Below are positions 47,741 through 57,193 of a DNA stretch of 64,000 bases, piece after piece (within the stretch, counting starts at the first letter, position 1; each line of letters begins with the position of its first letter). The notes under the pieces are model-generated. The model saw only the letters and a list, made by a program, of their open reading frames with translations. It searched no databases and was not told the origin of the DNA. The position numbers were made by a program, and so were the translations under genes. Origin of the DNA: Nitrospinaceae bacterium (GTDB lineage: Bacteria > Nitrospinota > Nitrospinia > Nitrospinales > Nitrospinaceae). The stretch covers positions 992,001-1,056,000 of the forward strand of contig OZ250172.1 in assembly GCA_965237905.1 (NCBI GenBank), in the 5' to 3' direction.

Positions 47741-49315
47741 ATGAAGCAACTCTCTCCATTCGCAGGTTGGACGGCTTTGATCCTCGGCGTCACGGCATTG
47801 GTCATTTTCCTGTTCCTGCCGGAATACTCTCTGGTAACCCTGACTATTGCCTCTGTCGCAGGGATCAACGCGATTTTCTTTTTGGTAATCGATCGCAAGG
47901 AAGTGCTTCACGCGCTAAAGACCCGAACGGCCCTGTATGGTATGAATGCCACGGTGGTGATTTTTGTATTTCTGGGTATCCTGATTGCTATCAACGTCCT
48001 GACATTCCATCATAAATTCCTCTGGGACCTCACGGAATCATCCGTCTACACGCTGTCCCCGCAAACCCAAAAGATTGCGCAGAACTTACCGAGAAAAGTC
48101 AAAATAACGGCCTTCTTCCAGATCGGCAATCCCGGTCGCGAGGAGTTTGAACGGCTGGTTGACGGATATAAAGAACTGACCGACCAAATTGAAGTGGAGT
48201 TGGTCGACCCGGTTCGCCAACCCGCCGTCGCCAAACAATATGGAGTCACCAACCCCGGCACGGTGGTCTTTAAAAGCGGAAAACAGGAAACCAAGGTCAA
48301 GCAGTCCACGGAAGAAAATTTGACCAACGCTTTGTTACAGGTCACCCGGGATCAACAAAAGAAAATTTATTTTTTGAGCGGCCATAAGGAAAAAAATGTC
48401 GAGGGCAAAGAAAGAAGTGGATACTCCCAGGCCAAACAAGCGCTGGAACAGGATCATTATAAGGTCGAGCCATTACTCCTCCTGCAAACTGGTCATGTAC
48501 CGGACGATGCCAACGCTTTGATCATCAACGGACCAGAAAAGGCGTTGCAGGAATCGGAAATAACGGCAATCGACGCGTATCTCAACCAGGGCGGCGCGGT
48601 CTTGTTGTTATTGGATCCACAACAGGATGCCGGACTCACGACGTTTCTGGAGCGATGGGGAATCCATATTCGGGACGATCTCGTGGTCGATCCACTCGCC
48701 AAACTGTATAAATCAGATTTCACCACGCCCATTATCAGTCAGATTTCCGACCATCCGATCACACGCAACATGAGAGATGCAACTATCTATCCCATGCTCC
48801 GCTCCGTATCAGCCATCACCACCGAAGGCCTTGTGACCCAGGAGATCCTGTTTTCCGGACCCAGGAGTTGGGCGGAGAAGGATTATAAGTCTGGGAAGGT
48901 CCAGTTTGATCCCGGAATTGATCTCCAGGGGCCCGTTCCGATAGCTGTCGTATCTTCTAAAGAAATCAATTCCGTCAACAATATTGAACAAAAGCCCGGT
49001 GCCTCTCCGGAAGCTAAAACGTCCGAATCCTCCGCATCGGCGAAGAAAGCGTATCTGGTCGTGGTAGGCGACTCGGATTTTGCCAGCAATCAAAAATTCA
49101 AGTTGTACGGTAACGGCGACTTTTTTCTGAATACGGCTTCCTGGCTGGCAAAAGAAGAAAACCTCATCTCCATCCGGCCCCGCACAAGAAAATGGAGTCC
49201 GATCACCCTCACCGAAACGCAGGGAAACCTCACCTTTATGCTTGGCGTCCTCGTGTTCCCCGGTATAGTGATCCTGACGGGCCTCCGGGTTTGGTGGAAA
49301 AGACGATCCTTATGA
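47741..49315 (+). CDS. GldG-family ABC auxiliary protein
   Basis: WDLT...YTLS..T, KIYFLSGH.E, VVGDSDFASN, C-terminal TM + WWKRR. Confidence 0.88.
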   Translation: MKQLSPFAGWTALILGVTALVIFLFLPEYSLVTLTIASVAGINAIFFLVIDRKEVLHALKTRTALYGMNATVVIFVFLGILIAINVLTFHHKFLWDLTESSVYTLSPQTQKIAQNLPRKVKITAFFQIGNPGREEFERLVDGYKELTDQIEVELVDPVRQPAVAKQYGVTNPGTVVFKSGKQETKVKQSTEENLTNALLQVTRDQQKKIYFLSGHKEKNVEGKERSGYSQAKQALEQDHYKVEPLLLLQTGHVPDDANALIINGPEKALQESEITAIDAYLNQGGAVLLLLDPQQDAGLTTFLERWGIHIRDDLVVDPLAKLYKSDFTTPIISQISDHPITRNMRDATIYPMLRSVSAITTEGLVTQEILFSGPRSWAEKDYKSGKVQFDPGIDLQGPVPIAVVSSKEINSVNNIEQKPGASPEAKTSESSASAKKAYLVVVGDSDFASNQKFKLYGNGDFFLNTASWLAKEENLISIRPRTRKWSPITLTETQGNLTFMLGVLVFPGIVILTGLRVWWKRRSL

Positions 49316-51090
49316 AGTTCCGTGGCACCCTTTGGAATACCCTTTGGCTGATCCTTATTCTTATTGGGCTCTTCCTGTACTTGGCGTTGATCGAAACACC
49401 CACCCTGAAGAAGAAGGACGAAGCAGAATCCCGTTCCAAGCAGGCGCTTCATTTCAAAGTGGAAGAGGTTGAGGCGTTCGATCTCATCAAGCCCTCCGGA
49501 ACGATCAAGATTCAACGTGATCCTAAGAACTCCCGCTGGAATATCACCGAACCCCTGGCCGTCCCGGGAGAAGACGGAGTCATCAATCAACTGCTAATCA
49601 TATTGGAAGAAGCCCGAATCACTCGCGTGGTGGATGAGGAACCGGAGAACCTGGCGGATTTTGGATTGCAGGACCCGCCGATTCAAATTGCTCTACGCTT
49701 CAAAACCGGGGAACCCAAAATGCTATTGGTAGGAGACGCCAGCCCCATCGGCCATGACATCTACATTAAATTAAAAAACGAGAAACGCGTCCTCCTTTCC
49801 TTTCTGGACAAAAACCAACTCAATGCATCGCTGAACGATTTGCGCAACAAAACCCTGCTCGATTTCGTGACACGCGATGTCACCGCGGTGGACCTCAAAT
49901 TTGGGAAGGAAACCCAGCGTTTCGTGAAAGCAGGAGAGGATTGGAAGCTGACCGCGCCAGTCAGCGCTCAGGGAGACGCCGATGAAATCTCCAACTTTCT
50001 GAATAATATCCGAACCGAACGCATTGAAACTTTCATCTCCGAAACGCCGGAGGATTTGGCTCCCCTGGGGCTTGATTCACCACGCATCGTTCTTAATATC
50101 CAGGCGGAAAAAGCCAAGCAGTCGTGGACTCTTAAAATCGGCAAGCCGTACGACGAGCATTCCTATTATGCGCAACGCGGCCAACCCGAAAACGTCGTTA
50201 CCATTTCGGACAGCCTGGTGGAAACTCTTTCCAAAAATCCCCTCAGTTTTATGGAGAGATCCCTCATGACCTTCAAAGAGGAGGATGTGACTGCCATCGA
50301 GAGCCGGGACGGAAAGGAAACCGCGCGCGTGGTTCGCGATGCCAATAAGATGGGACAATGGAAATTCGAAAATCCGGAGAACGGTACAGTCGATTCGGCC
50401 ACCGTCAACACATTATTACTGGACCTCCAAGAAGCGCGTATCCAGCAATTCGCACCGAGTAAAAAACTGAAGCTGTTTGGGTTGGATGTGCCTCAAAAAG
50501 AACTGACCGTTTTCAAAAAAGATGGGGCGAAAATAACTCTCCAATTGGGAAACACCGATAAGAACAAACAGCATTCATTTGTCACCCGAAGCGTGGACCA
50601 ATCGATCTTCGAGCTGGATACCGACACGGTGAGAAAAATTTTCCGCTCGCGCGACGATTTCAAGGATAAAAGACTGCTGAAGTTCGACCCGGAGCAGGTC
50701 GCCCGCATCAAGATCGAATATCCGGACAAAACCTTTGAACTGGATAAACAGGATAACCAATGGGTGCTGGTCCAACCGGAGGAGATGGACGACCTCAAAC
50801 CGTTTGTCGGTAAGGATATTTTGTGGACTCTGAACAACCTGGAATATGAAACGAAATTAAGTTCCAAAAAGGTTGCGGAAGAAACAGGATTGAAGAAACC
50901 CCGCCTGATACTCACCCTGCGCGACCGCAGCAATAATGCTCTGGGCCAACTTAAAATCGGCCAATCAGTGAAGGGCCAACCCCTTCTTTACAGTCAGCTG
51001 GCCGGCGACCCGAGCCTGTACCATATCAAGGACCGCACCCTGAGCGAAATCCCCGACACCCTCGACCGTTTCCGGAAAAATGAGAACTGA
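49312..51090 (+). CDS. DUF4340-like multi-repeat protein
   Basis: N-terminal TM, repeated W...P / L..FGL..P units; ATG overlaps the upstream stop. Confidence 0.8.
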   Translation: MKFRGTLWNTLWLILILIGLFLYLALIETPTLKKKDEAESRSKQALHFKVEEVEAFDLIKPSGTIKIQRDPKNSRWNITEPLAVPGEDGVINQLLIILEEARITRVVDEEPENLADFGLQDPPIQIALRFKTGEPKMLLVGDASPIGHDIYIKLKNEKRVLLSFLDKNQLNASLNDLRNKTLLDFVTRDVTAVDLKFGKETQRFVKAGEDWKLTAPVSAQGDADEISNFLNNIRTERIETFISETPEDLAPLGLDSPRIVLNIQAEKAKQSWTLKIGKPYDEHSYYAQRGQPENVVTISDSLVETLSKNPLSFMERSLMTFKEEDVTAIESRDGKETARVVRDANKMGQWKFENPENGTVDSATVNTLLLDLQEARIQQFAPSKKLKLFGLDVPQKELTVFKKDGAKITLQLGNTDKNKQHSFVTRSVDQSIFELDTDTVRKIFRSRDDFKDKRLLKFDPEQVARIKIEYPDKTFELDKQDNQWVLVQPEEMDDLKPFVGKDILWTLNNLEYETKLSSKKVAEETGLKKPRLILTLRDRSNNALGQLKIGQSVKGQPLLYSQLAGDPSLYHIKDRTLSEIPDTLDRFRKNEN

Positions 51091-51389
51091 TTCCATCTGC
51101 TTATTTGGGCTAACTTTAGTAAATATTGACGAGAATTTGCTGCGCTTTTAAAATCAAATGGTTAATTCTAATTTGTAGTTTTTTAGCCTATTCAGGAACT
51201 ATTTTTAGCATCAAGCCCCCAAAGAAGCATTCCTCCCTTAATGCCCCATCATATAGGCGAATGGAAGCTTTTCTCCCCCCATATCTTGTGGTTATTATTT
51301 ATTGTTAATGAAACCTAAACTCATTGCCATCGTAAATCATTGATTTATTGTAAGTTATATAGAAATCCCTGAATTTTTAATTTATCCGC

Positions 51390-51444
51390 TTGACACACTA
51401 CAATATATGGTGGTACTTTCTCACAGTCACACAATATAAAGGAT
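51390..51444 (+). promoter_or_regulatory. sigma70 promoter overlapped by tandem NrdR-like boxes
   Basis: TTGACA 51390, TGnTACTTT 51411-51419; CTACAATATATGGTGG 51398-51413 and ACACAATATAAAGGAT 51429-51444, 31 bp apart. Confidence 0.65.
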
Positions 51445-51549
51445 TTTAGACTGTAACCGTACTTCTGTACTTGTTCGATCAACCTCAGATCATTTGGAAC
51501 CGAATGACCAGACTTACGAATCAAAATACAGATTTTCCCTGCCCCCCCC

Positions 51550-51937
51550 GGCGGGTTACTTTAAAAGCGGCTTCCTTTTCCCCCATGTATCTTTTAAACC
51601 TTTCGGGGTTTGAGATGCAGGTAATGCCCCTTCCTAAATCCTCAAATGTATTGAGCGCCGGCCGAGACCTGCATACACAATCGGCAAACAAGCTCATTCC
51701 AAGCGGCGTTAGGTGGAAGCGTTTTTTATGGTCACCGTTCGTTCCTAACGGAACGGGCCAAGGCCGAAGAGTAACCCGCCACCCTTTCGTACTATCGCCC
51801 CGTCGGCAGTGTAAGGGTTACCATGCTTTCTCTCTTCCATTGCAATCCTGTTTTCTGCCAGGGACAGGACGGTCGTTTGATCTTAAGGGGTTTGACCAGC
51901 CCACGCATCAACATTCCCTTGCGTCTTCCGACGGGGC
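51550..51937 (+). ncRNA. Candidate large structured leader RNA upstream of dut (unassigned)
   Basis: Two long-range 10-bp closing stems plus several internal hairpins. Confidence 0.5.
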
Positions 51938-51951
51938 TTCTTCATATTAAA

Positions 51952-52383
51952 ATGGCTATACTCGACGAATCGAAAACCGTTTGCCGGGTGGCAGGAGGGT
52001 TCACCCCCTCCTACGCCTACCCCGGTGACGCGGGAGCGGATTTGTGTGCCTCCGACGATACTGTCATCCCTGCCCGCGGCAAAATGCTGGTGTCTACCGG
52101 CATCCGCCTCGCATTGCCGGAAGGCCACGTCGGCCTCATCTGGCCGCGCAGTGGCATGGCCGTCAAACACGGTATCGATTGTGGCGCCGGGGTGATCGAC
52201 TCCCAATACCGCGGCGAAGTCAAAGTCCTCCTGTTCAATCACTCCGACGGTGAGCATTTCATCAAAAAAGGCGACCGCATCGCACAACTCCTCGTGCAGA
52301 AGGTCGAAACCGTGGAATTTCTGCCCGTCGACGACCTCGACGCCACTGACCGATCAGGCTCCGGTTTCGGCTCCACCGGCTAA
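51952..52383 (+). CDS. dut: dUTPase (trimeric)
   Basis: AGADL, PRSG, GVIDSQYRGE, GDRIAQ, RSGSGFGSTG. Confidence 0.95.
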   Translation: MAILDESKTVCRVAGGFTPSYAYPGDAGADLCASDDTVIPARGKMLVSTGIRLALPEGHVGLIWPRSGMAVKHGIDCGAGVIDSQYRGEVKVLLFNHSDGEHFIKKGDRIAQLLVQKVETVEFLPVDDLDATDRSGSGFGSTG

Positions 52384-52385
52384 CT

Positions 52386-52580
52386 CCTCTGGCGAGGAGA
52401 AGCAACTAGCTGACGTTTAACGGCTTGCTATAATCCTTGGGCGCACTTCGGTGAGTTAAAACTATCTGCGGCGATTCGCCGCCCTCTGGCGAGGAGAGGC
52501 AACTGGTTGATCGTTGATTGCAAGCGATGACCACCGGGCGCAGTTCAAGGTTTTAAATGACCACCGGCTGATTTCCCCCC
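52386..52580 (+). repeat. Diverged tandem repeat, two units with 97-bp period
   Basis: CCTCTGGCGAGGAGARGCAACTRG at 52386 and 52483; GGGCGCASTTC at 52439 and 52536. Confidence 0.75.
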
Positions 52581-52626
52581 GCCCCGGATTTAAATTAAAT
52601 CCACAATTATTTTTTATTTTTTCGTT

Positions 52627-53151
52627 ATGAAACTACAGGTCCATCAATCTGAAATCGAATTGATCCAGGGCGACATCACCGAAAGCGACACCGACGCCAT
52701 CGTCAACGCCGCCAATGCGCAATTGATTCTGGGCGCGGGGGTGGCGGGTGCCATCCGCACCAAGGGAGGTCCGTCCATTCAGGAGGAATGCAATGCCATC
52801 GGCCATTGCCCGGTAGGCGGGGCGGTCATCACCGGTGGGGGAAATTTAAAAGCGCGGCATGTGATTCATGCAGTCGGACCCCGCCAGGGCGAAGGCGATG
52901 AGGAAGAAAAATTAAAAAACGCCACTCTCAACAGTTTGAAAGTGGCGGATGAAAATCATTTGAAGTCGATCACCTTCCCGGCGATCAGTACCGGCATCTA
53001 CGGATTCCCCCTCGATGCCTGCGCCCGCATCATGCTCACCACCGCGAAGAGATACCTCAGCGGCACCACAAAAATCGAGCACGTCGTCTTCGCGTTATTC
53101 GACGATAAAAGTTTCAATGCCTTCGAAGATCAATTAAAGACGTTGTTATAA
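52627..53151 (+). CDS. Macrodomain protein (YmdB/MacroD-like)
   Basis: GDIT, AIVNAAN, GAGVAGAI, VIHAVGP, PAISTGIYGFP. Confidence 0.93.
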   Translation: MKLQVHQSEIELIQGDITESDTDAIVNAANAQLILGAGVAGAIRTKGGPSIQEECNAIGHCPVGGAVITGGGNLKARHVIHAVGPRQGEGDEEEKLKNATLNSLKVADENHLKSITFPAISTGIYGFPLDACARIMLTTAKRYLSGTTKIEHVVFALFDDKSFNAFEDQLKTLL

Positions 53152-54387
53152 AAAATAATCTTCTTCTTCGGGTGTATGGGGGATGAGGGCGTCGAGTTTT
53201 TCGGGGTTCTTGATGAGGTCTTCGAACCACCAGTTGACGTGGTTGTACAGGCAGGTCACGTTTTCGCATTCCTTGGTGGCGTTGAAATCGTGGATCATGC
53301 TGGTGCAGGTGTCGCGCACCCCGGCGTAGCCTTTGGCGTCGGCATAGCCATCCTTCTCGCCGATTTTGCCGTGCGGCTGGTTGCGGTACACGGGGCAGTT
53401 GTAGGTGCCGAGAGAACTCAATATCTGCCGGAAAAACTGCATGTGGCATCTCTGCGGCTGGCCGATGTTGTCGGCCGATTTTTCCCCGCTCAACAGCATC
53501 TTGAGATTGGTGGCGCGGTGGACTTTGAAATTACCGTCCTCCAGTGCGGAGGCTTTCTCCAGTTGTCCGCCGATGACCTTGACGATTTGCTTGTACCGTT
53601 TGTCCGACGCTTCGAGGTCGATCACTTCCGCATTGTTGATCTCCGCACGGGTCAGAAACGGTTTGAAGGCGATGTAATCAAACTGGTTGCGCTTGGCCAG
53701 CTCTGCCGCCTCGGCCATCTCGTGCATATTCTCGACGATGTCCTCATCGAAGATGTGGGCGCCCTTCCACGTCACGATGTACGAAAATCCGACTTTGAAC
53801 CTGGAATTGACCGCTTTGATGTCGGGAATGTGCGCACAGATTTCTTCCAGCGTGATTTTGATTTTCGGCAGGTGCATGGCCTGAAACGTAGGATCAGTTC
53901 CCGAATCGAGCGACAGCCGCACCCAGTCGCCTTCGTCCAGGCAATCAGCGATGGTGAGGATTCTTTTATTACCGGCACCGTTGGAAACGATGGATACTTG
54001 CAGACCCAGCTCTTTCATGAAGCGAATGGTCTCCTCGAACTTCGGATAAGTAGTCGGCTCGCCGCCGCCGATGACGATGATGGACTTGAGGCCCTTCTCA
54101 GCCATCAACTTCAACGAATCGAGCAGGCGCTGGTGATCGTACCGGATATTCAGATTTAGAATTTCCTTATCGACGCAATGATCGCAGGCGTAGTTGCACG
54201 CGGTGGTGAGGTCGAGGTTGATAGAGACCGGCGCGAAGTCGGGCATGGCTTCCGGATTGCGGTTTTCGCCGCTGGCCAGCCATTTCACGTATTCCTTGAC
54301 GCGTGGCAGGGTGTCCGGCTGGCGGAGCTTGGCGGCGAAATCGTGAATGGAAGACAGCGCAACTTTCTGTTTTTCAGCAGTATTCAT
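53146..54387 (-). CDS. Radical SAM protein with C-terminal Cys-rich (SPASM/twitch-like) region
   Basis: CNYACDHC, GGGEP; C-terminal RCH...YNCP...ECENVTC. Confidence 0.9.
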   Translation of the reverse strand: MNTAEKQKVALSSIHDFAAKLRQPDTLPRVKEYVKWLASGENRNPEAMPDFAPVSINLDLTTACNYACDHCVDKEILNLNIRYDHQRLLDSLKLMAEKGLKSIIVIGGGEPTTYPKFEETIRFMKELGLQVSIVSNGAGNKRILTIADCLDEGDWVRLSLDSGTDPTFQAMHLPKIKITLEEICAHIPDIKAVNSRFKVGFSYIVTWKGAHIFDEDIVENMHEMAEAAELAKRNQFDYIAFKPFLTRAEINNAEVIDLEASDKRYKQIVKVIGGQLEKASALEDGNFKVHRATNLKMLLSGEKSADNIGQPQRCHMQFFRQILSSLGTYNCPVYRNQPHGKIGEKDGYADAKGYAGVRDTCTSMIHDFNATKECENVTCLYNHVNWWFEDLIKNPEKLDALIPHTPEEEDYFL

Positions 54388-55325
54388 ATTTGGAGATTCT
54401 CCACCAGGTCCTTTAAATCGATCATGGACGCGATCAGTTGTTTTTTGTCGGTTGGCTGTCCGCTTTCAAGATCAGCCAGGGTGTGCCGGACTCGTTTCTT
54501 CAGCGGATCTGCCACCGCGACCTGCTTCCCCGACTCGCCGGTAAACATCATTTGATATTCGGGAAGTTGGATGGACCGCCGCACGGCATGGCCGTTGATG
54601 GCGTATCCCGCCGGACGCGGACTCTCTGGAGTTTGAACCAGATCCACCGCCACTTCCAGACAACCTGTTGCATGCCGGTATTCAAATGAAACCGTCAGGT
54701 GTTCGGGATTTTTAGTAGCCGCCCGTGGATTCTGAACCTCACCGAGACCCGTTAAACAGTGTACCATGCTCAGCACATGAGGCAATGAGTCGATCACCAT
54801 ATTTATACCGGAGGCCGCCGGTCCCAGCAACATCTCGAACCGTTCGACCGGCTGATCCTTCACTTCCGGATACAGCGAGTAATACTCGTCGAGGGTCTCC
54901 GGCCATTGGGTCACCAGTTGCAGCAGTTGTCCCTCGCCGCAAAAACCTTCGACCAGGCGTTCCACTTCCTCCGGTTCGCAGGTTTTACCATCCTCCCAGA
55001 ATAACGGCTTTTCGCACAAACAGGAAACGCCGAATGCCGCCACCGTCTCCAAATGTTGGCGATGCACGCCTGTGGGGGACGCGATGACCACCACCGTTGG
55101 ATTCGCCTGCTCGAGTGCGGATTTTAAATCCGTATAACCCCGTGTGGAAATTCCATAGTGTTGTTGCAGATGACGCGCGGTGTCTTCCACCGAGTGGGAC
55201 GAGGTACCAACGATCCCGCAGATCTCCGCGCCCTGCTCGTGAAAATATTGGGCGATGAACTCACCGAGTCCCTGTTTACGCCGTCTGGCTCCGACTATCA
55301 GTACCCGATGACTGCTCACCGGCAC
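54384..55325 (-). CDS. Gfo/Idh/MocA-family oxidoreductase
   Basis: VLIVGA...GLG, IASPT..H, CLCEKPL. Confidence 0.8.
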   Translation of the reverse strand: MPVSSHRVLIVGARRRKQGLGEFIAQYFHEQGAEICGIVGTSSHSVEDTARHLQQHYGISTRGYTDLKSALEQANPTVVVIASPTGVHRQHLETVAAFGVSCLCEKPLFWEDGKTCEPEEVERLVEGFCGEGQLLQLVTQWPETLDEYYSLYPEVKDQPVERFEMLLGPAASGINMVIDSLPHVLSMVHCLTGLGEVQNPRAATKNPEHLTVSFEYRHATGCLEVAVDLVQTPESPRPAGYAINGHAVRRSIQLPEYQMMFTGESGKQVAVADPLKKRVRHTLADLESGQPTDKKQLIASMIDLKDLVENLQI

Positions 55326-56358
55326 CTCCTTGATTCATGATCTGTTGAACGGCGTGGAACACCTTGTCCGGCGTCATCTCGATCATGCAGGGATGATCGA
55401 TGGGACACACTTTCTTGTGGCACGGCACGCAGGGCAAATCCTCGCGCAGGATCACCGTCTGATCCAGATGACAGTTGGTGTGGCGCGGATCGGTCGGACC
55501 CATCAGCACCACCACCGGTTTGCCGAACGCCACCGCGTAATGGCGCGGTCCGGTATCGTTGGTCACCAACAAGTTACTGCGCCGCATCAATGCCTTCAGC
55601 ACGCCAAGGTCAACTTTATCCGGGCCGGTGTTGATGATTTCCGCTTTCGAATTTTGAACGATTTCATCGGCGATGGCGTCTTCGCCGGGTCCCACCAGCA
55701 ACAGCAGTTTGCTTTTATATTGGTTCTGAATCTGTTCTGCCAGCTCGGCGAAGTATTTCGGCGGCCAGCATTTGGACGACCCGAACTGCGCACCAGGGTT
55801 GAGCGCGACCACACGGTCCCCCGCCGCGATTCCATAATTTTGCAATAGCTCTTCGCCCCGCGCGGATTCCTCATCGGTCAGGTACAGTTGCGGCGTCACC
55901 GGCACTTCGATCTTCAATCCCATCCAACTCAGGAGGGCCAGATAGTAATCGGTCATCGGCACCGGTTGGTAGCGTCCGTTTTCCATGGGCGGGTTGGGTC
56001 CCTGGACAAAAAACTTCCGGAAGCCCCGGCGGTACCCGATGATATTTTTCACTCCGCCCCATCGCACGGATAAAAACGAACGGAAGGAATTGGGCAGGAG
56101 TATCGCCAGGTCCGGCGACTCGTCGCGAATCGCTGACGCCAGTTGTTGCATTCCGCTAAAACCTTTGTCGTGGCAGGGAATCAAACGGTCGATGCCGGGA
56201 TGCCCCACCAGAATTTTGGCGGCGTACCGGCGAACCGCGACAGCAATGCGCGCCTCCGGGTAATTGCTTTTGAGGATGTGGATAACCGGCTCGGCCATGA
56301 CCACATCGCCTACCCAGTTGGGGAAACGAATTAGAATCCTCTCGACGGGATCGCTCAT
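55276..56358 (-). CDS. waaF: LPS heptosyltransferase II (GT9)
   Basis: PNWVGDVVM, LLPNSFRS, NPGAQFGSSKCWP, TNDTGPRH. Confidence 0.85.
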   Translation of the reverse strand: MSDPVERILIRFPNWVGDVVMAEPVIHILKSNYPEARIAVAVRRYAAKILVGHPGIDRLIPCHDKGFSGMQQLASAIRDESPDLAILLPNSFRSFLSVRWGGVKNIIGYRRGFRKFFVQGPNPPMENGRYQPVPMTDYYLALLSWMGLKIEVPVTPQLYLTDEESARGEELLQNYGIAAGDRVVALNPGAQFGSSKCWPPKYFAELAEQIQNQYKSKLLLLVGPGEDAIADEIVQNSKAEIINTGPDKVDLGVLKALMRRSNLLVTNDTGPRHYAVAFGKPVVVLMGPTDPRHTNCHLDQTVILREDLPCVPCHKKVCPIDHPCMIEMTPDKVFHAVQQIMNQGGAGEQSSGTDSRSQTA

Positions 56359-56359
56359 A

Positions 56360-56863
56360 TTATTTTTTTAGTTTGGCCAGGATTTCGGTGGTGCTGTGGT
56401 CTTTGGCATCGCCCACGGTCACCACCTCGCCGCCGTAAGCTTTGACGATGGGATATTCCGGCATCTGTTCCAGACGGTCGGCGTAGTCGCTCCCTTTGGT
56501 GTGGACGTCGGGTTTCAGCAGGCCGCACAACGGACCGGGATGATTGTCCTCCAACGGCACCACGTAATCGACCGCCTCGATGGCGGAGATGATTTCCATC
56601 CGTTCGTAATCCGGGTTGACGGGATTACGGTCCGGCTTGATGCGCTTGACCGATGCGTCGGTATTGATGGCGACTATCAGGATGTCCCCCAGCGCCTTGG
56701 CACCGAACAGGTAACGCAGGTGCCCGACGTGGAGAATCTCGAAACAGCCGTTGGCGAACACCACTTTGCGGCCAGCCTTGCGGTGCGCCTCCAACACAGG
56801 AACCAGATCGGCCGGATTGGGGTAAACTTTTTTATGATGGACGGGAATGACCGGATCGCTCAC
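56360..56863 (-). CDS. rfaE2: D-glycero-beta-D-manno-heptose 1-phosphate adenylyltransferase-like
   Basis: FANGCFEILHVGH, AINTDASV, KGSDY, HSTT. Confidence 0.85.
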   Translation of the reverse strand: MSDPVIPVHHKKVYPNPADLVPVLEAHRKAGRKVVFANGCFEILHVGHLRYLFGAKALGDILIVAINTDASVKRIKPDRNPVNPDYERMEIISAIEAVDYVVPLEDNHPGPLCGLLKPDVHTKGSDYADRLEQMPEYPIVKAYGGEVVTVGDAKDHSTTEILAKLKK

Positions 56864-57193
56864 ACGGACTCCTAAGGCGAGTTCACTTTAAAAATCTATT
56901 TTAAAGGAATTTTTGCCCGGGGCCTACACCTAAAGTGGGGTCCGGTTTGCCTTTTTGCCATTTTTTTCAAACGCTTAACACCAGAAAAACCCCTAAAACC
57001 CGTAGTCAAGGAGCCGGCAAATTCTACGCCTAACTATTTTACTTATGTAATTTTTGGGCGTATTCGAATGATATTCTTTGATATACCAAATATAATAACG
57101 GCGGACCCTGAGGCCTCGGGCTTTTATTCCTCGCCTGGATCATTGGTATTTTTAAAATTCCCAACGAATCCCACAAAAAAGGGGGACACTAAA

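Noticed and set aside
51610..51675. Cobalamin riboswitch (GAGACCTGC resembles the B12 box)
   Set aside because: The conserved GGGAA-nn-CGGTG and GCCCCCGCnACTGT core elements are missing
51471..51950. 159-aa ORF in the dut leader
   Set aside because: TTG start, no RBS, no recognisable motif; region better explained by RNA structure, though not excluded
52386..52546. SAH or ZTP riboswitch, HDV ribozyme, or attC site
   Set aside because: Only fragments match; required pseudoknot partners or RYYYAAC/GTTRRRY ends are not satisfied
52627..53151. Macrodomain as DarG-like antitoxin for the island ART-like gene
   Set aside because: 19 kb away, outside the island, and of the housekeeping YmdB/MacroD type
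38545..54159. Long opposite-strand ORFs (38545..39258, 39155..40072, 41388..42122, 45968..46735, 53176..54159)
   Set aside because: GC-rich antisense shadows of confidently assigned genes
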